Origin: Ferruginibacter sp.
Lineage (GTDB): Bacteria; Bacteroidota; Bacteroidia; Chitinophagales; Chitinophagaceae
Length of the DNA: 64,000 nucleotides
Reading direction: 5' to 3'
Assembly: GCA_046590675.1 (NCBI GenBank)
Contig: JBKJUP010000022.1
Span: 6,961-70,960, forward strand
Shown here piece by piece: positions 29,313 through 39,507 of the stretch. The notes under the pieces were generated by a model. It had not been told where the DNA came from. It saw nothing but the letters and a program-made list of their open reading frames with translations, and searched no databases. Position numbers and translations under genes: made by a program. Numbering within the stretch: position 1 is the stretch's first letter; each line of letters starts with the position of its first letter.

Positions 29313-31760
29313 TTAGTTGCCTCCTTTAACCCGCTCTTGTTCAGAGCCTGCTCCCCCGGTTTTTCTTTTTTGCACACCCTTAATGGGTTTACCAAAACGG
29401 TAACTGAAACTAATGGTAGCAACCCGAGAATCTCTTAATTGATCAAAAGAAGCTTCGGTACTTTGGAAGTTGATATTTCCTTTTGGTTGCATGGTGTTGA
29501 GTATATCCCGAACATTCAATTTTAGTGTTCCTTTATTTTTTAGAATTTGCTTTTGAATCCCGGCATTTAACATCCCCATTGGTTGAATGATGATTTGCCC
29601 TTCTATTCCTTTGGTGCGGTAAAAGCCCGATATTTCAGCGCTCCATCCTTTTTTCAATTTAAATTGATTGTTGACATTTGCCACATAGGTTCCACCTTTG
29701 GCATTGATCTTTTCTGTGCTAACAAAGCCACTGAATTCCTTGTAATTATATTCGGAATATAAAATAGAAGTCCACCAATCGGTAACCTTTACCTGTGCAC
29801 TCATGGACACACTAAGCGTATTGGCCGACCCAAAATTACCTTGCTTAACAACAGTTGCATATCCGCGCTGCTCAAAAATTTCGCTGAATAAATCTTTGGT
29901 ATGAGCATAGTTTACAGATGTGGTTAAAAACTGTTTGTAAGTATGCGACATTTCAAAAGTATGTGCGTACGATGGCTTTAAAAATGGATTACCTGAACCA
30001 TAAGTATATTTATCCAGGAAAAACAAGAATGGATTCAAATCTTCATAATCCGGACGATTGATACGGCGGCCATAAGAAAATGAAAATTGATTTTTTTCAT
30101 TGGCATTATAACTCGCAAACAAAGTGGGGAACAAGCCGGTATAACTTTTTTTAAATGCACTGTCCTGCCTTTGTGGATTACCAAACTGGTGACCATTGTA
30201 ATTGGTATTCTCTAACCTTAATCCTGCCTGTAATCCCCATTTTTTTATTTCGCGGCTTGCATTTAAATAGGCAGCGTTTATATTTTCTTCGTAAATAAAG
30301 TGATTCGTTTTTTCATAGTCCGGAGTTTTAGTGGCGCCTGTAACATTGAAATAACCTGCTGTATTATCGGTCTTAACAAAACTTGTTTTTACACCGGTTT
30401 CAATTTTCACCCCGCTTTTTAATGGATGCGTATAGTCAATTTTGCCGGTATATATTTTTATTAAAGAAGGCAGCTCGCCGGAAAGCATGTCCGCATTTTT
30501 TACATACCAGTCAGGCGTGTACGATGTGTTGGTAAATAGTTGATCTTTTTGTGAATCATACGTAAGCACATCCACATCTGCTGTCAGCTCCCGTCCGCTT
30601 GAATCAAACTGGTGTCGGAAATTTACATTCACTGCGCCATTTTTCCAGCTTGATTTTTCATGCCTGTCTGCCGATACAATTGAATCAACTACACCCACAT
30701 TACTTTTAAGATAACTTAAGTTGTAACCAACCTGGCTGGAAGGTGTTGTAAAGCCTGTAAAAACAACCCCGACTGTAGTATTTTTATCGGCGTAAAAATC
30801 AATTCCAATCTTAGTGTTGTAATTATTGTTAAACCTTTTTTCGTTTGACCTTTGTTCAAAAATGGCGTTTACAGTTTTATCTGAATTTTTATAAATTCTT
30901 TTAATATTCAAATCCTGGAAATCTTCACGGTAATTGGCTCCCAAATTTGCGAATACGTTGAATTTGCCATTCCTGTAATTAAGGTTTAAGCTGTTATTGG
31001 TTTTTGCAAAAACACCTTGTCCGTAATTTAAATTCAGGCTACCGTTAAAGCCCCGCTGCTTGTTTTTCTTGGTCTTGATATTGATGATACCGGAATTTCC
31101 CGATGCATCATACTTTGCAGATGGATTGGTCATGATCTCAATTTGATCGAGTGTATTTGAAGGCATGGTCCGCAACAAGTTAGTCAGGTCTGCCCCTGTT
31201 AAATAAGATGGCTTACCATCCAACATGATTAACACTCCCTGCTTTCCTCTCAGGCTCACATTTCCGTCTTTATCTACCGTAACCCCCGGGCTTTTTTCCA
31301 ACACATCCAGTGCGGTTGAACCTTCGTTGCTAATGGCAGCATCTACATTAATGATGGTACGATCAATTTTGCGTTCTATAAATTGCTTCTTTGATATTAC
31401 TACCACTTCTTTCAAATTTTTATTAACCGGCACCAGGTGAAGCACGCCTGCGTTATAAGAATTTTGTGCAGCAGATAGTTCAAACGGTGCCCCATATACT
31501 TTACTGTGACCAATAGACGAAGCTTCCAGCAGGTAATTTCCGTCTTTTACATGTTCAAAAATAAAATTGCCTTCCTTGTCGGTTAGTGCAACTTTAACAA
31601 TACTGCTGTCTTTGGCTTTTAGCAACGATATAGTGGCAGCATCAATAATTTTTTGATTACCGCCATCCTGAACGGACCCTGTAATTTTTCCGTTATTCGT
31701 TTGAGCGAAAGATCCAACACCGGCGATTGTAGCAATTAGTGTGATAAATAAATGTTTCAT
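29313..31760 (-). CDS. TonB-dependent receptor-like outer-membrane beta-barrel protein with N-terminal carboxypeptidase-regulatory-like domain
   Basis: Signal peptide, plug (LEKSPGV, IEIMTNPSAKYDASG), barrel with YGRRINRPDYEDLNPF, GNPFLKP. Confidence 0.85.
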   Translation of the reverse strand: MKHLFITLIATIAGVGSFAQTNNGKITGSVQDGGNQKIIDAATISLLKAKDSSIVKVALTDKEGNFIFEHVKDGNYLLEASSIGHSKVYGAPFELSAAQNSYNAGVLHLVPVNKNLKEVVVISKKQFIERKIDRTIINVDAAISNEGSTALDVLEKSPGVTVDKDGNVSLRGKQGVLIMLDGKPSYLTGADLTNLLRTMPSNTLDQIEIMTNPSAKYDASGNSGIINIKTKKNKQRGFNGSLNLNYGQGVFAKTNNSLNLNYRNGKFNVFANLGANYREDFQDLNIKRIYKNSDKTVNAIFEQRSNEKRFNNNYNTKIGIDFYADKNTTVGVVFTGFTTPSSQVGYNLSYLKSNVGVVDSIVSADRHEKSSWKNGAVNVNFRHQFDSSGRELTADVDVLTYDSQKDQLFTNTSYTPDWYVKNADMLSGELPSLIKIYTGKIDYTHPLKSGVKIETGVKTSFVKTDNTAGYFNVTGATKTPDYEKTNHFIYEENINAAYLNASREIKKWGLQAGLRLENTNYNGHQFGNPQRQDSAFKKSYTGLFPTLFASYNANEKNQFSFSYGRRINRPDYEDLNPFLFFLDKYTYGSGNPFLKPSYAHTFEMSHTYKQFLTTSVNYAHTKDLFSEIFEQRGYATVVKQGNFGSANTLSVSMSAQVKVTDWWTSILYSEYNYKEFSGFVSTEKINAKGGTYVANVNNQFKLKKGWSAEISGFYRTKGIEGQIIIQPMGMLNAGIQKQILKNKGTLKLNVRDILNTMQPKGNINFQSTEASFDQLRDSRVATISFSYRFGKPIKGVQKRKTGGAGSEQERVKGGN

Positions 31761-31836
31761 GGCTATACTTTATACTTTGTTTTGAAATGTACATAACAAA
31801 AGTAGGTACTTTGTATTGCAAGGAACATGTGTTTAC

Positions 31837-31866
31837 ACAAACGGTCTGATTCCAGTGATGATTGGT
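31837..31866 (-). promoter_or_regulatory. Putative LytTR-type direct repeat operator
   Basis: Minus-strand ACCAATCAT and ACCGTTTGT with 21-bp period; second copy fits [TA][AC][CA]GTTN[AG][TG]. Confidence 0.4.
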
Positions 31867-31935
31867 AATTGACAAATATGAAAATGGGCCAGAAATCTTA
31901 TTTCCTGACCCATTGCATTAATTTTTAACTGCATA

Positions 31936-33264
31936 TCAAGTTTCTCTTCTGGCCCTAACTTGTACATAAACCATTATAAGAATACCGGTGAGTACAAGGA
32001 AAAAGGAAATTATTTCAGCCTGTGAAGGATGAATACCGAGAAAATGATATTGATTATTGACTCTTATTTTTTCTACAAAAAACCTTTCCAAACCATTCAA
32101 TATGAAATAGATTCCGGTCATTGTTCCGGCAACAGTTATGCGCTTACGCATTCCCCACATTACCAGGAAAAGCAAACTACAAGCGACGGTTTCGTAAAAA
32201 GGAGTTGGAAAAACCGGTTGAGGCAACATCCGGTTATGATCGTCTGTATTACCAGGAATTACAATTCCATCCTTATTTACATTTTGGGGATAGTTATAGG
32301 CTACCATCCAAACCGGCATAAAGGAAGGGGCCTTCAGATACCTGTGCGGCACTGTTGCCAAACTGCTGCTTTTCCGGTCGGTTATATAATTTGCCACAGT
32401 TGTACCAGAATCTGTCACCTTGCCTTCCAGGAAATAGGTGCTATTTTTTTCAAGGTTCTTCTCAAAATCTCCCGGCTTAGCTTCAACCACTTTGCCTGCC
32501 GCATCCAATACATACGCACTGTTGTAAACACCCCAGTCACCATCTCCGGCCACCTGGCAACCAATACGCCCCACCGCATAAGCAAGCATCATTGCCGGCA
32601 CGATTGCATCTACCAGGTGCACCAGCTTTATATTTTTTTTGCGGGCATACACGCAAATGGCTGTACCTGCGGCTATCAATCCTCCATAGAAAGTTAACCC
32701 GCCTGCTGAAAAAATTCTTTCAATCGGGTGTTGTACAAACTCATCCCAATTCTCCAGGTTGTCAAACAATTTGGCGCCTAAAATTCCAAAAACAAGCGAT
32801 ATTATTACGATATCTCCTACCCTGTCGTGTGGCCAGATTCTTATGGAACGTTGCTCGGGCTCTTTTAGTTTTTGTTTGTTTTTCTCCCACCATTTTAGCC
32901 CGGTTATAACCGCAGCCAGTAAAAGGCCCCCTGCTATGCTACCTTCCGAAGAAAAAATATAAGCCTGTGGAGTCATATTGTCCGGCTTGCTTAAAAACAA
33001 ACCAAAAAGCTTATAACCAAATGCAAAACCTACTATTAAGTTAACCAGCAAATCTGATATAGAAGCTGGCTTGCCTACCATTATAAACTCTTCTCTTGGC
33101 AACAGCAAACCTTGCTTTTCTTTTCGTTTAAGCTCGCTTGTTATGATGATGGCTGCAACAATAAAACCCATTGCTACCATTAAACCAAAAGTGTTTAAAA
33201 AACCAAGTGTTTTCCATTCTACACCAAACCAGTCCTTGAAAACGTAATATAAATTGGGATACAT
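31936..33264 (-). CDS. lgt: Prolipoprotein diacylglyceryl transferase (long Bacteroidota form)
   Basis: GLTFYGG, GRIGCQVAGDGDWG, PTPFYE, RFFVEKIR. Confidence 0.9.
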   Translation of the reverse strand: MYPNLYYVFKDWFGVEWKTLGFLNTFGLMVAMGFIVAAIIITSELKRKEKQGLLLPREEFIMVGKPASISDLLVNLIVGFAFGYKLFGLFLSKPDNMTPQAYIFSSEGSIAGGLLLAAVITGLKWWEKNKQKLKEPEQRSIRIWPHDRVGDIVIISLVFGILGAKLFDNLENWDEFVQHPIERIFSAGGLTFYGGLIAAGTAICVYARKKNIKLVHLVDAIVPAMMLAYAVGRIGCQVAGDGDWGVYNSAYVLDAAGKVVEAKPGDFEKNLEKNSTYFLEGKVTDSGTTVANYITDRKSSSLATVPHRYLKAPSFMPVWMVAYNYPQNVNKDGIVIPGNTDDHNRMLPQPVFPTPFYETVACSLLFLVMWGMRKRITVAGTMTGIYFILNGLERFFVEKIRVNNQYHFLGIHPSQAEIISFFLVLTGILIMVYVQVRARRET

Positions 33265-33479
33265 TATTTATTAAGATTAATTTTTTAGTGGTGCAATATA
33301 TTCAATTATCCCCATTCAAAATTTTGGGCTCACCATTGATGTGCTAACAGGTCTCACACTTCAATATTTTTAGTTGCCTTAAATGTCATTTAAAATTGCA
33401 ACCCTTATCAACAAAAAATCCTGCAGCCTAAACTGCAGGAGATACTCACTAACTAATAAAATCACAAAAATTATTAAGC

Positions 33480-33896
33480 TTAGTTACAATGCTGTTCAAA
33501 TGCACCAATCAGGTTTTGCGCTATCATTTGTGCACTTCTACCTTCAATATTATGCCTTTCGATAAAATGAACCAACTGACCATTTTTAAATAAAGCAATG
33601 GATGGTGAAGACGGAGGATAAGGCAATAAATGTTCACGGATTTTTTTCACGGCATCTACATCAAAACCGGCAAAACTGGTAGTTAACAAATCTGGTTTTT
33701 TAGTGCTATTATGAACAGCCATTAAAACACCAGGCCTTGCTGTACCTGCGCTGCAACCACAAACTGAATTTATAACTACAAGCGTAGTTCCTTCAGCGGC
33801 TAATTTATTATCTACATCGGATGCTGTTAACATTTCGGAAAAGCCATTTTCTGTTAACTCTTCCTTCATTGGTATTACAATTTCTGCTGGATACAT
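33480..33896 (-). CDS. BrxA/BrxB-family bacilliredoxin
   Basis: MYPAEIV.PM..EL, NSVCGCSAG.ARP (CGC motif), PSSPSIALFK. Confidence 0.9.
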   Translation of the reverse strand: MYPAEIVIPMKEELTENGFSEMLTASDVDNKLAAEGTTLVVINSVCGCSAGTARPGVLMAVHNSTKKPDLLTTSFAGFDVDAVKKIREHLLPYPPSSPSIALFKNGQLVHFIERHNIEGRSAQMIAQNLIGAFEQHCN

Positions 33897-34145
33897 ATTT
33901 CTTATTTTATGGACCACAAATTTACGCACTTGCTAGTAATATTCATCGAAGATTTTCAATGCATTACAAATTTTCCGTTAAAAATAAAGTGAATCGGCCA
34001 TTAAGTCATTAAAAAGTATGCAGCCATGTCATTAAGTCTCAATTTTTATAAAAAATTGACAAGTTTGCTATAAAAAATGAATGGAACAGAATTTGAAAAC
34101 CTTATGTCGAAACAATTATTTCAAAATAACAAAAAATAAAAAACA

Positions 34146-34586
34146 ATGACACTAGTAAAAGTTAACAACCCTGCAACCAAAGCCTTTGATGGTTTAATGA
34201 ATGATTTATTTAATGATTTTCCGGCAGCGTTTGGTAAATCAATCCGCCAGGATGCCTTTAGCTTTCCGCCCGTAAATATCCTGGAAAAAGGCGATAACTA
34301 CGAATTGGAAGTTGCTGCACCTGGTTTAGAAAAATCAGATTTTAACATTAAATTAGATGGCAATTTATTAATCATCAGCGCATCTAAAAAAGACGAAGTT
34401 AAAAACGAAACGGACAAAATTATCAGAAGAGAATTTAGCTCAAAAACATTTAAACGCAGTTTTACTTTAGATGAAAAAATTGATGCTTCTGCCATTGAAG
34501 CCAAGTATGAAAATGGAATACTGACTTTGCAATTGCCCAAAAAAGAAGAAGTAAAAGCTACCAGCAAAGAAATAAACATTCAATAA
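34146..34586 (+). CDS. Small heat-shock protein Hsp20/alpha-crystallin
   Basis: PPVNILE, APGLEK, RREF...FKRSFTL, AKYENGILTLQLPK. Confidence 0.92.
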   Translation: MTLVKVNNPATKAFDGLMNDLFNDFPAAFGKSIRQDAFSFPPVNILEKGDNYELEVAAPGLEKSDFNIKLDGNLLIISASKKDEVKNETDKIIRREFSSKTFKRSFTLDEKIDASAIEAKYENGILTLQLPKKEEVKATSKEINIQ

Positions 34587-34659
34587 ATTATCAATAAGAC
34601 AAACAGCTAAGCTGAAAGTGAATTGACAACTATGATTACGGCTGATTTTGGTTAATAAG

Positions 34660-34690
34660 GCCACTCTACTCATGTAGGATGGCTTTTTTT
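34660..34690 (+). terminator. Terminator after hsp20
   Basis: GCCA-CTCTAC...GTAGGA-TGGC then T-tract. Confidence 0.65.
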
Positions 34691-34733
34691 CTTTGTAAAT
34701 ACGTAATTTTAGCACTTAGACTTAACCCAAATT

Positions 34734-36041
34734 ATGATTATAAAGAAAGTAACAGTTACAGCATGGATATTAACATTAGCAATGACGGGGTTTTCCCAAA
34801 TAACAACTGATTCGTTGAGTAATATTTCAAACCTTTTCGATACGGCATTTAAACAAAAAATGGGTATCAATCCGTTTACCTCTGTCCACTCAGACTCAAT
34901 TTTAAGAATAAAAAATATTAATCCATATTTTACTTTACATGTTGATTCCACATTAAAATATGCTTTTGAAATTAATAAGGACCAGGCTCAATATTATTGG
35001 TATTTAAAAAACTCACCGGTAGGTTTAAAGATTAATAAAGACAACGGTGTACTAACTTTTAAAGCTGAAAAATCTTACTTCCTTTCCGGCAGGTTAAAAT
35101 ATGATTATGAATATAAGGTAGATATCGGCTTGCAAAACCTGGATGACCCAAAAGATAAAGTTGATACTTCGTTTATCCTGATGTTTTACAACACAGAAAT
35201 TATTGCTTCTAAAATAAAACCTTCTGTTACCAGTACAATTTACATTGACGAAGGAGATACGATCAGTTTTAAACTTCAATGCGAAAATGGTAGTTTTCCA
35301 ATAGAAGACATTACTTACTTCAGCAACTACCAGGCAAAATCACTGACGCCTGTAAATAAATGCAATGATGATTTTACCTGGTATGCACCGTTTGACTTTG
35401 TAAAAGACACTGATAAGGACAAACAAAAAATGCTGGAACTAGTTTTTGTAGGAACCAATAAATTTAGTAACAAGGATACGGCCATCATCAAAATTTATGT
35501 TAGAGAAAACATCAATTATCCGCAGCGTGTGCAGGAATTCGACAAACTAAAGAACGATGTGCAGCAATATGTACTGCAACTGAAAAGCAGTTTCAGAATA
35601 TTGGATCAAAAATTAAAGAAGACAAAAAAGACACGTACAGGTTTTGACCTTGCATCTGCAGCAACGGGCCTGGGTGGCACAGTATTTTCATCCATGTCGA
35701 ACCCCGATCAGAAAACGGTGGGTAAAATTCTGCCGAGTGTGGGTGTAGCATTGGTACCGGTGAAAGAAGCTACTGCACCAAATAACAGTTCAGATCAGAA
35801 TACCGCATCATTGGTAAGAAACAGCATTAAGCGATTAGAATACCTGCTTGCAGACAATACCCTCGTTGGCGACAGGGATCCTCAAATTCTTGCTAAAACC
35901 ACCAAACTCAAAGACGAGTTAAAGCAAATGCAGATTCAATTGATTGATATTCCTATTGCAGAAGAAAATCTTAGCAGCAAAGAATTGGATGAGTACTTTA
36001 ATAGTCCAAAAGTGAATAAGAAATATAGGGTGAAAAAGTAG
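34734..36041 (+). CDS. Secreted hypothetical protein with Ig-like (He_PIG-like) domain and C-terminal coiled coil
   Basis: Signal peptide; SPVGLKINKDNGVLTF Ig-like segment; helical C-terminus. Confidence 0.75.
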   Translation: MIIKKVTVTAWILTLAMTGFSQITTDSLSNISNLFDTAFKQKMGINPFTSVHSDSILRIKNINPYFTLHVDSTLKYAFEINKDQAQYYWYLKNSPVGLKINKDNGVLTFKAEKSYFLSGRLKYDYEYKVDIGLQNLDDPKDKVDTSFILMFYNTEIIASKIKPSVTSTIYIDEGDTISFKLQCENGSFPIEDITYFSNYQAKSLTPVNKCNDDFTWYAPFDFVKDTDKDKQKMLELVFVGTNKFSNKDTAIIKIYVRENINYPQRVQEFDKLKNDVQQYVLQLKSSFRILDQKLKKTKKTRTGFDLASAATGLGGTVFSSMSNPDQKTVGKILPSVGVALVPVKEATAPNNSSDQNTASLVRNSIKRLEYLLADNTLVGDRDPQILAKTTKLKDELKQMQIQLIDIPIAEENLSSKELDEYFNSPKVNKKYRVKK

Positions 36042-36308
36042 CAATTAGTTAGGTGTATCAAATACTCTTTACAGGATAAAATCAACAGGTTTTTACAACT
36101 GATGGTTTACTTATTTTTAATTTGCTACCTTATGATGGGTTGTTGGTACGCTCTCCCACATTTCCTGCCCTGCATACACAACAACGGCAACCAGTGGACT
36201 TCGAACTAACACCAACAACGGCGAAGATTCAGAATTTAATTTGGATAGATGAGCTTGCTTTTACTGTGGCATTTCCTTTCTTTACTTCATCGCTGCCTCC
36301 AAATTGTG

Positions 36309-36770
36309 TCAAAAGTCGTAATCAATTTCATCAATATCTTCGCTCGTAATCTTATCATTTACTACATCATCAATATAGCTTAATACTTTTATTATCCGTT
36401 TAGTTTCAAGAGGGGATATCCACTCTCGTTTGACTTCGCTAATTAATTGAAAATCATTTAGGTCATCTACAGAAATATAATCCCCCCTAGCTAAAATGAA
36501 TTCTTTAGTTCTATAGAGAATTTCACTAAATAAATTCTTTCGTTCTTGATTTATTAAAAAGTCATCTAACCCTAAATTCATAAACCCTATAAAGATACCC
36601 TGTGAGTTATCATAAATGCGTTCTCGACAGTCATTCGTTAACCAATAATTCTTGACATTAGAAGGAATTGCATCAATGACATTTGCAATTCCCCAACAAA
36701 CAACTTGCATGAGTGAATCATCGATCCAAAAACCGTGAATATTATCTTTAGTAATAAAACTTGAAGCCAT
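36309..36770 (-). CDS. Orphan hypothetical protein, immunity-protein-like
   Basis: ~153 aa acidic, visibly AT-rich ORF (MASSFITKD...); no recognised motif; start 36770 or 36779. Confidence 0.6.
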   Translation of the reverse strand: MASSFITKDNIHGFWIDDSLMQVVCWGIANVIDAIPSNVKNYWLTNDCRERIYDNSQGIFIGFMNLGLDDFLINQERKNLFSEILYRTKEFILARGDYISVDDLNDFQLISEVKREWISPLETKRIIKVLSYIDDVVNDKITSEDIDEIDYDF

Positions 36771-37021
36771 AAATCTCATTTATTCCAATCCCATTGTTGT
36801 TAATCATCGCAACTTCTGCCGCATGATTTTTTTAAAATGACCTAAAACAGCTTTTTCTCTGCCATTGAAAGATTTCAACCATCCAAAAGAACAAAATATA
36901 CTCCTCTAATATTGTGATGTATTTTTACTTGGGTTGTTAAATCCCCCAATTGGTCTAAACATACTAAGAAAAAGTTACTTCGGCGCAAGTGAATAAAAAA
37001 TACAGGATTAAAAAGTAGCAA

Positions 37022-37472
37022 TTAATTACAACCATCTTTTCTTCTCGTATCAATAATATATTGAATTTTCCAGGCGTTGGCTATTTTTACCAATTGAAAA
37101 GAGTTAACGCCACAGTGGCTGAACTTTCCTTTATAAAAAAACTTATAAGGTGTCCAAACCGCAGCCAGGTCGGCATCGATATTTACGTCGCCGATTTCAA
37201 TTTGCTCATCTGCATCTCCTTTAACAAGGGTTCCAACAAATGTTATAAAATCTGAAATGGGTTCATCTTTTTACATGCACATCGCTGCCATCACTACTAA
37301 TCGTTTGAAGTATTGCTGTAATTGACAACCCACTTTTAAGTAATACGGTATCGGCAGTTTTCATCCCGGTAAAAAAGTTTTTTATCGTGGCAATTACCGC
37401 CTCTTTTTCCGTTTGTGCTTTTACCGATGACAGACCGCTAAGGCAAACCAACATTACAATCAACTTCTTCAT
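37022..37472 (-). pseudogene. Frameshifted secreted NTF2-family protein
   Basis: N-half MKKLIV...HVKR* and C-half DEPISDF...AAVWTPYKFFYKGKFSHCGVNSFQLVK...IIDTRRKDGCN* join if one A of GTAAAAAGATGAA (~37268) is removed. Confidence 0.8.
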
Positions 37473-37572
37473 TACAATATAAATTGAGTTAGTAAATAAT
37501 TGCATTACAATTTAGTGATAAAAACAAAAAAAGTGGCCGAAGCCACTTCTATAAAATAAAATGATATGAATT

Positions 37573-38973
37573 TTAGTATCCCAAAATCTTCAGCATACTT
37601 TGAGCACTTTGCTCTTTTGCATATACCCAATCTACCAGCTTACCCGTTTTATCGTGGCCTATAATAATGTGTTTTGGAGAAGGGATAAGGCAATGTTTAA
37701 TGCCACCATAACCACTGATCTGGTCCTGGTAAGCACCGGTGTGAAAAAAGCCAACATACAATGGTTCCCCATTTGTAAGTTTTGGCAAAAACACTTCTTT
37801 TACATGCTCTTCTGAATCATAATAATCATGGCTGTCGCAGGTAATTCCGCCGAGCGTTACCCGCTGATATTCTTCCTTCCACTTATTAATAGGAAGCATC
37901 AGGAATTTTTCACCAATGCCCCATGTGTCCGGCAAAGTTGTGATGAAAGAAGAATCGATCATGTACCATATCTCCCGATCATTCTGCATTTTTTCGCCAA
38001 TTACACTGTAAATGTGCGCCATGCTCTCTCCTACTGTATAGCTACCAAATTCTGTAAAAATATTTGGCATCGGCACCTTGTTTCTTTTGCAGGCCACTTT
38101 AATATTACGGACAATCTCATTGATCATCGTTTGGTAATCATAATCAAATCCCAGCGAATGTTTGATCGGAAATCCGCCACCAATATTAATAGAATCCAAT
38201 TCCGGGCAAATTTTCTTTAACTGGCAATACAGGTTAATCACCTTGTTTAATTCACTCCAGTAATAAATATCATCTTTAATGCCCTTATTTAAAAAGATAT
38301 GCAGCATTTTCAATTGAAACTTATGCTCCATACCCTCTATCTCATCTACATAAAATTCCAGTACATCTTTAGCACGCATTCCCAGTCTCGAAGTATAAAA
38401 CGGAAAATTGGGCTCTTCCTCAGCGGCCACCCTAATACCTAATTTAAAAGGTGCTTTCACAGCTTTATAAGCTTTCAGTTCTTCCTTATTATCAAGTATC
38501 GGAATTACGTTTTTAAACCCCGTATTTAATAATCTTGAAATCCGTTGTGTATAAGGCTTTTGCTTATAGCCGTTGCAGATGATGTAAGTCTCTTTATTTA
38601 TTTTCCGGCGGGAGTATAGTTTATTGATGATATCAATATCGTAAGCGTAAGAAGTTTCGAGGTGAATGTCGTTCTTAAGCGCTTCTTCTACTATAAATGA
38701 AAAATGTGAACTTTTAGTGCAATAACAATAGTTGTATTTACCCTCATACTTATGCTTTTTAATCGCCTTGGCAAACATATCTTTTGCCTTGTTAATCTGC
38801 ATACCAATCTTTGGCAGGTAGGTAAGCTTAAGCGGCGTACCGTACTTATCAATTAAAGCTTTAATATCCTGTCCGTTATACTGCAAATACTCGTCTTTAA
38901 CCTGGAAGTCTTCCTGCGGAAAATTAAAGGTTTGATCTACAAGATCGGCGTAAGTATTATTCATATTATTCAT
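37573..38973 (-). CDS. speA: Arginine decarboxylase (PLP fold III, short Bacteroidota type)
   Basis: YCYCTKSSH PLP lysine, ICNGYK, SRLG, INIGGG, TEFGSY, ITCDSHD, TGAYQ. Confidence 0.8.
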   Translation of the reverse strand: MNNMNNTYADLVDQTFNFPQEDFQVKDEYLQYNGQDIKALIDKYGTPLKLTYLPKIGMQINKAKDMFAKAIKKHKYEGKYNYCYCTKSSHFSFIVEEALKNDIHLETSYAYDIDIINKLYSRRKINKETYIICNGYKQKPYTQRISRLLNTGFKNVIPILDNKEELKAYKAVKAPFKLGIRVAAEEEPNFPFYTSRLGMRAKDVLEFYVDEIEGMEHKFQLKMLHIFLNKGIKDDIYYWSELNKVINLYCQLKKICPELDSINIGGGFPIKHSLGFDYDYQTMINEIVRNIKVACKRNKVPMPNIFTEFGSYTVGESMAHIYSVIGEKMQNDREIWYMIDSSFITTLPDTWGIGEKFLMLPINKWKEEYQRVTLGGITCDSHDYYDSEEHVKEVFLPKLTNGEPLYVGFFHTGAYQDQISGYGGIKHCLIPSPKHIIIGHDKTGKLVDWVYAKEQSAQSMLKILGY

Positions 38974-39104
38974 GTTCTTGTATGGGTTAATTTTTAATTG
39001 TGCAAAGGTAATTCAATGATAATTGCAATTCATAAAAAAAACCGGATGCGACTGAGTCACATCCGGCTATATATTTTAACTAAAGTATTTGATTCACTGA
39101 AGGC

Positions 39105-39449
39105 TTATTTAACCTGGTCAACGAGACTTTTAAAACTTTCCGGCTCATTCATGGCCAGGTCAGCTAATACTTTACGATTGATATCAATGTTCTTCACAGC
39201 TAATTTGTGGATGAACTCGCTATAAGTAAGTCCTTCTGCTCTAACTGCTGCATTGATACGTGCAATCCATAATGTGCGGTATTCACGCTTTTTTAATTTA
39301 CGGCCAACATACGCATACGTTAAACCTTTTTCCATTACGTTTTTGGCAACGGTATATACATTTTTACGTTTACCGTAATACCCTTTGGCTGCTTTTAATA
39401 CTCTTTTTCTTCTGGCCCTTGATGCTACTGCATTTTTTGAACGTGGCAT
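39105..39449 (-). CDS. rplT: 50S ribosomal protein L20
   Basis: [32 protein letters not shown]. Confidence 0.98.
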   Translation of the reverse strand: MPRSKNAVASRARRKRVLKAAKGYYGKRKNVYTVAKNVMEKGLTYAYVGRKLKKREYRTLWIARINAAVRAEGLTYSEFIHKLAVKNIDINRKVLADLAMNEPESFKSLVDQVK

Positions 39450-39507
39450 ATCTTAAAATTTTGAAATTGTTAATGTTGAAATGTAAAACTGAGTGACTCC
39501 CTGAGGA

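Noticed and set aside
29228-29422. 66-aa N-terminal extension of YajQ in the track
   Set aside because: Overlaps the 3' end of the upstream receptor gene; the canonical 163-aa YajQ starts at 29227
32029-32697. 222-aa plus-strand ORF and the many other antisense ORFs in the track
   Set aside because: Shadow frames of well-supported genes on the opposite strand, with no recognisable motifs
36780-37020. Possible deaminase-toxin remnant (HAAEV) upstream of the orphan gene
   Set aside because: Needs a frameshift, lacks a PCxxC motif and is too short to call; mentioned only as context
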